Below are positions 63,253 through 64,000 of a stretch of DNA of 64,000 nt, in pieces. The translations under genes and the position numbers were made by a program. The stretch's first letter is position 1. Each line of letters starts with the position of its first letter. Under the pieces are notes generated by a model. The model saw only the letters and a program-made list of their open reading frames with translations, ran no database searches and was not told where the DNA came from. This DNA comes from a virus (Duplodnaviria; Caudoviricetes). Where the stretch lies: IMG/VR virus record IMGVR_UViG_3300009701_000005, positions 15,126 to 79,125 of that record, one strand, 5' to 3'.

Positions 63253-63720
63253 TTAAAGCATTTCGAGCACTTCGGCTCTACGTTTAGAAATAGGTCTATC
63301 ATTTTTTATTAGCTTAATAGCTTCGGGAACTGTTACCCAGATATACTTTCGGGAATCGTTATCGTCTCCTAACTTACTACGATCTATCTTATCGTAATTA
63401 GCAATCATCCATTCGGTTATTGAACCTCGATAATGTAAGTGACGATCATGTTTCTTACCTAAGCCGCCCTCTTCTTTGAAAAATCCTTTGATTGAGGAAG
63501 GTGTTTTAATAGCAACCCCTACCTCTTCCAAGCACTCATTTCGAGCAGCGATTTCTTTAGTTTGATCTTCAATTCCTCCTCCAGGGAATCCATAATAAGT
63601 TTCTCCGGTTTCTTGATTTTTATTTTTTGTTAGTAAAACGGTATCATCTTTTTTGATGACGACCTCCACCCTTTCTCTATAAGGTAGGCTCTCAGCTAAC
63701 TTTTGAAGGAATTTATTCAT
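63253..63720 (-). CDS. Nudix hydrolase
   Basis: FPGGGIEDQTKEIAARNECLEEVG (Nudix box). Confidence 0.9.
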   Translation of the reverse strand: MNKFLQKLAESLPYRERVEVVIKKDDTVLLTKNKNQETGETYYGFPGGGIEDQTKEIAARNECLEEVGVAIKTPSSIKGFFKEEGGLGKKHDRHLHYRGSITEWMIANYDKIDRSKLGDDNDSRKYIWVTVPEAIKLIKNDRPISKRRAEVLEML

Positions 63721-64000
63721 ACATGATTTTAGAGTATCGAGGCATTAATTATTGAACCAACAACAAATTCCCCTAAAAATCACCCTAACTGTCCTAAAAT
63801 TCCTCCTTTTCCCCTATCTTTGGCAAAAGCGTGTCCAACTGCAAAAATCAAAATATCCTTATAAATCAAAGACTTAAGTCATCCTGTCCAGTTCTGTCCA
63901 ATTTCTAAAATAGCTTAAGTGCTTGATTCTATTAAGGAAAGAGGTAAATTTGTCCTGTTTTCCAATTTTCAAAAAAAAATATATATACACCTATCTATTT

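Noticed and set aside
1-64000. Genome-wide stop-codon recoding (TAG or TGA reassigned)
   Set aside because: TAG, TGA and TAA all terminate well-supported genes with tight coupling. Only two isolated in-frame stops were seen, and there is no canonical suppressor tRNA.
1-64000. CRISPR array, integrase, transposase or reverse transcriptase (retron/DGR)
   Set aside because: No regularly spaced direct repeats and no recombinase, transposase or RT motifs were seen. The long stem at 16428-16541 has no RT partner in the window.

Overview
This is a 64-kb, AT-rich segment of a large (jumbo-type) contractile-tailed dsDNA phage read in the standard genetic code. It has four blocks. (1) 1-30026 (+): accessory and nucleotide-metabolism genes (metallophosphoesterase, macrodomain, HNH, SPFH, ThyX, dimeric dUTPase, DHH, lipase and lipoprotein cassette). 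(2) 30072-54979 (-): virion and lysis module (PAAR, lysozyme and holins, tail fibres, baseplate, phage sigma factor, tape measure, frameshifted tail chaperones, terminase). (3) 55256-60609 (+): PRTRC-type ubiquitin-like conjugation cassette (Ubl, E2-like, JAB, E1). (4) 60648-63720 (-): probable head-associated genes and a Nudix hydrolase. The most unusual region is about 10.5-16.5 kb. It holds six basic Ser-x-Ser-Gly repeat micro-proteins around an Sm-like gene, a ~540-nt structured non-coding segment, a D-armless tRNA-like gene, and two tandem circularly permuted, anticodon-less tRNA-like domains (one Leu-like, one Lys-like). Of the tRNA-like elements in the window, only tRNA-Leu(TAA) is fully canonical. 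Two promoter-like motifs recur: TGGTATAAG on + strand accessory genes and TA(A/T)AATA before virion genes. All family assignments come from motif recognition by eye; no database search or folding program was run.
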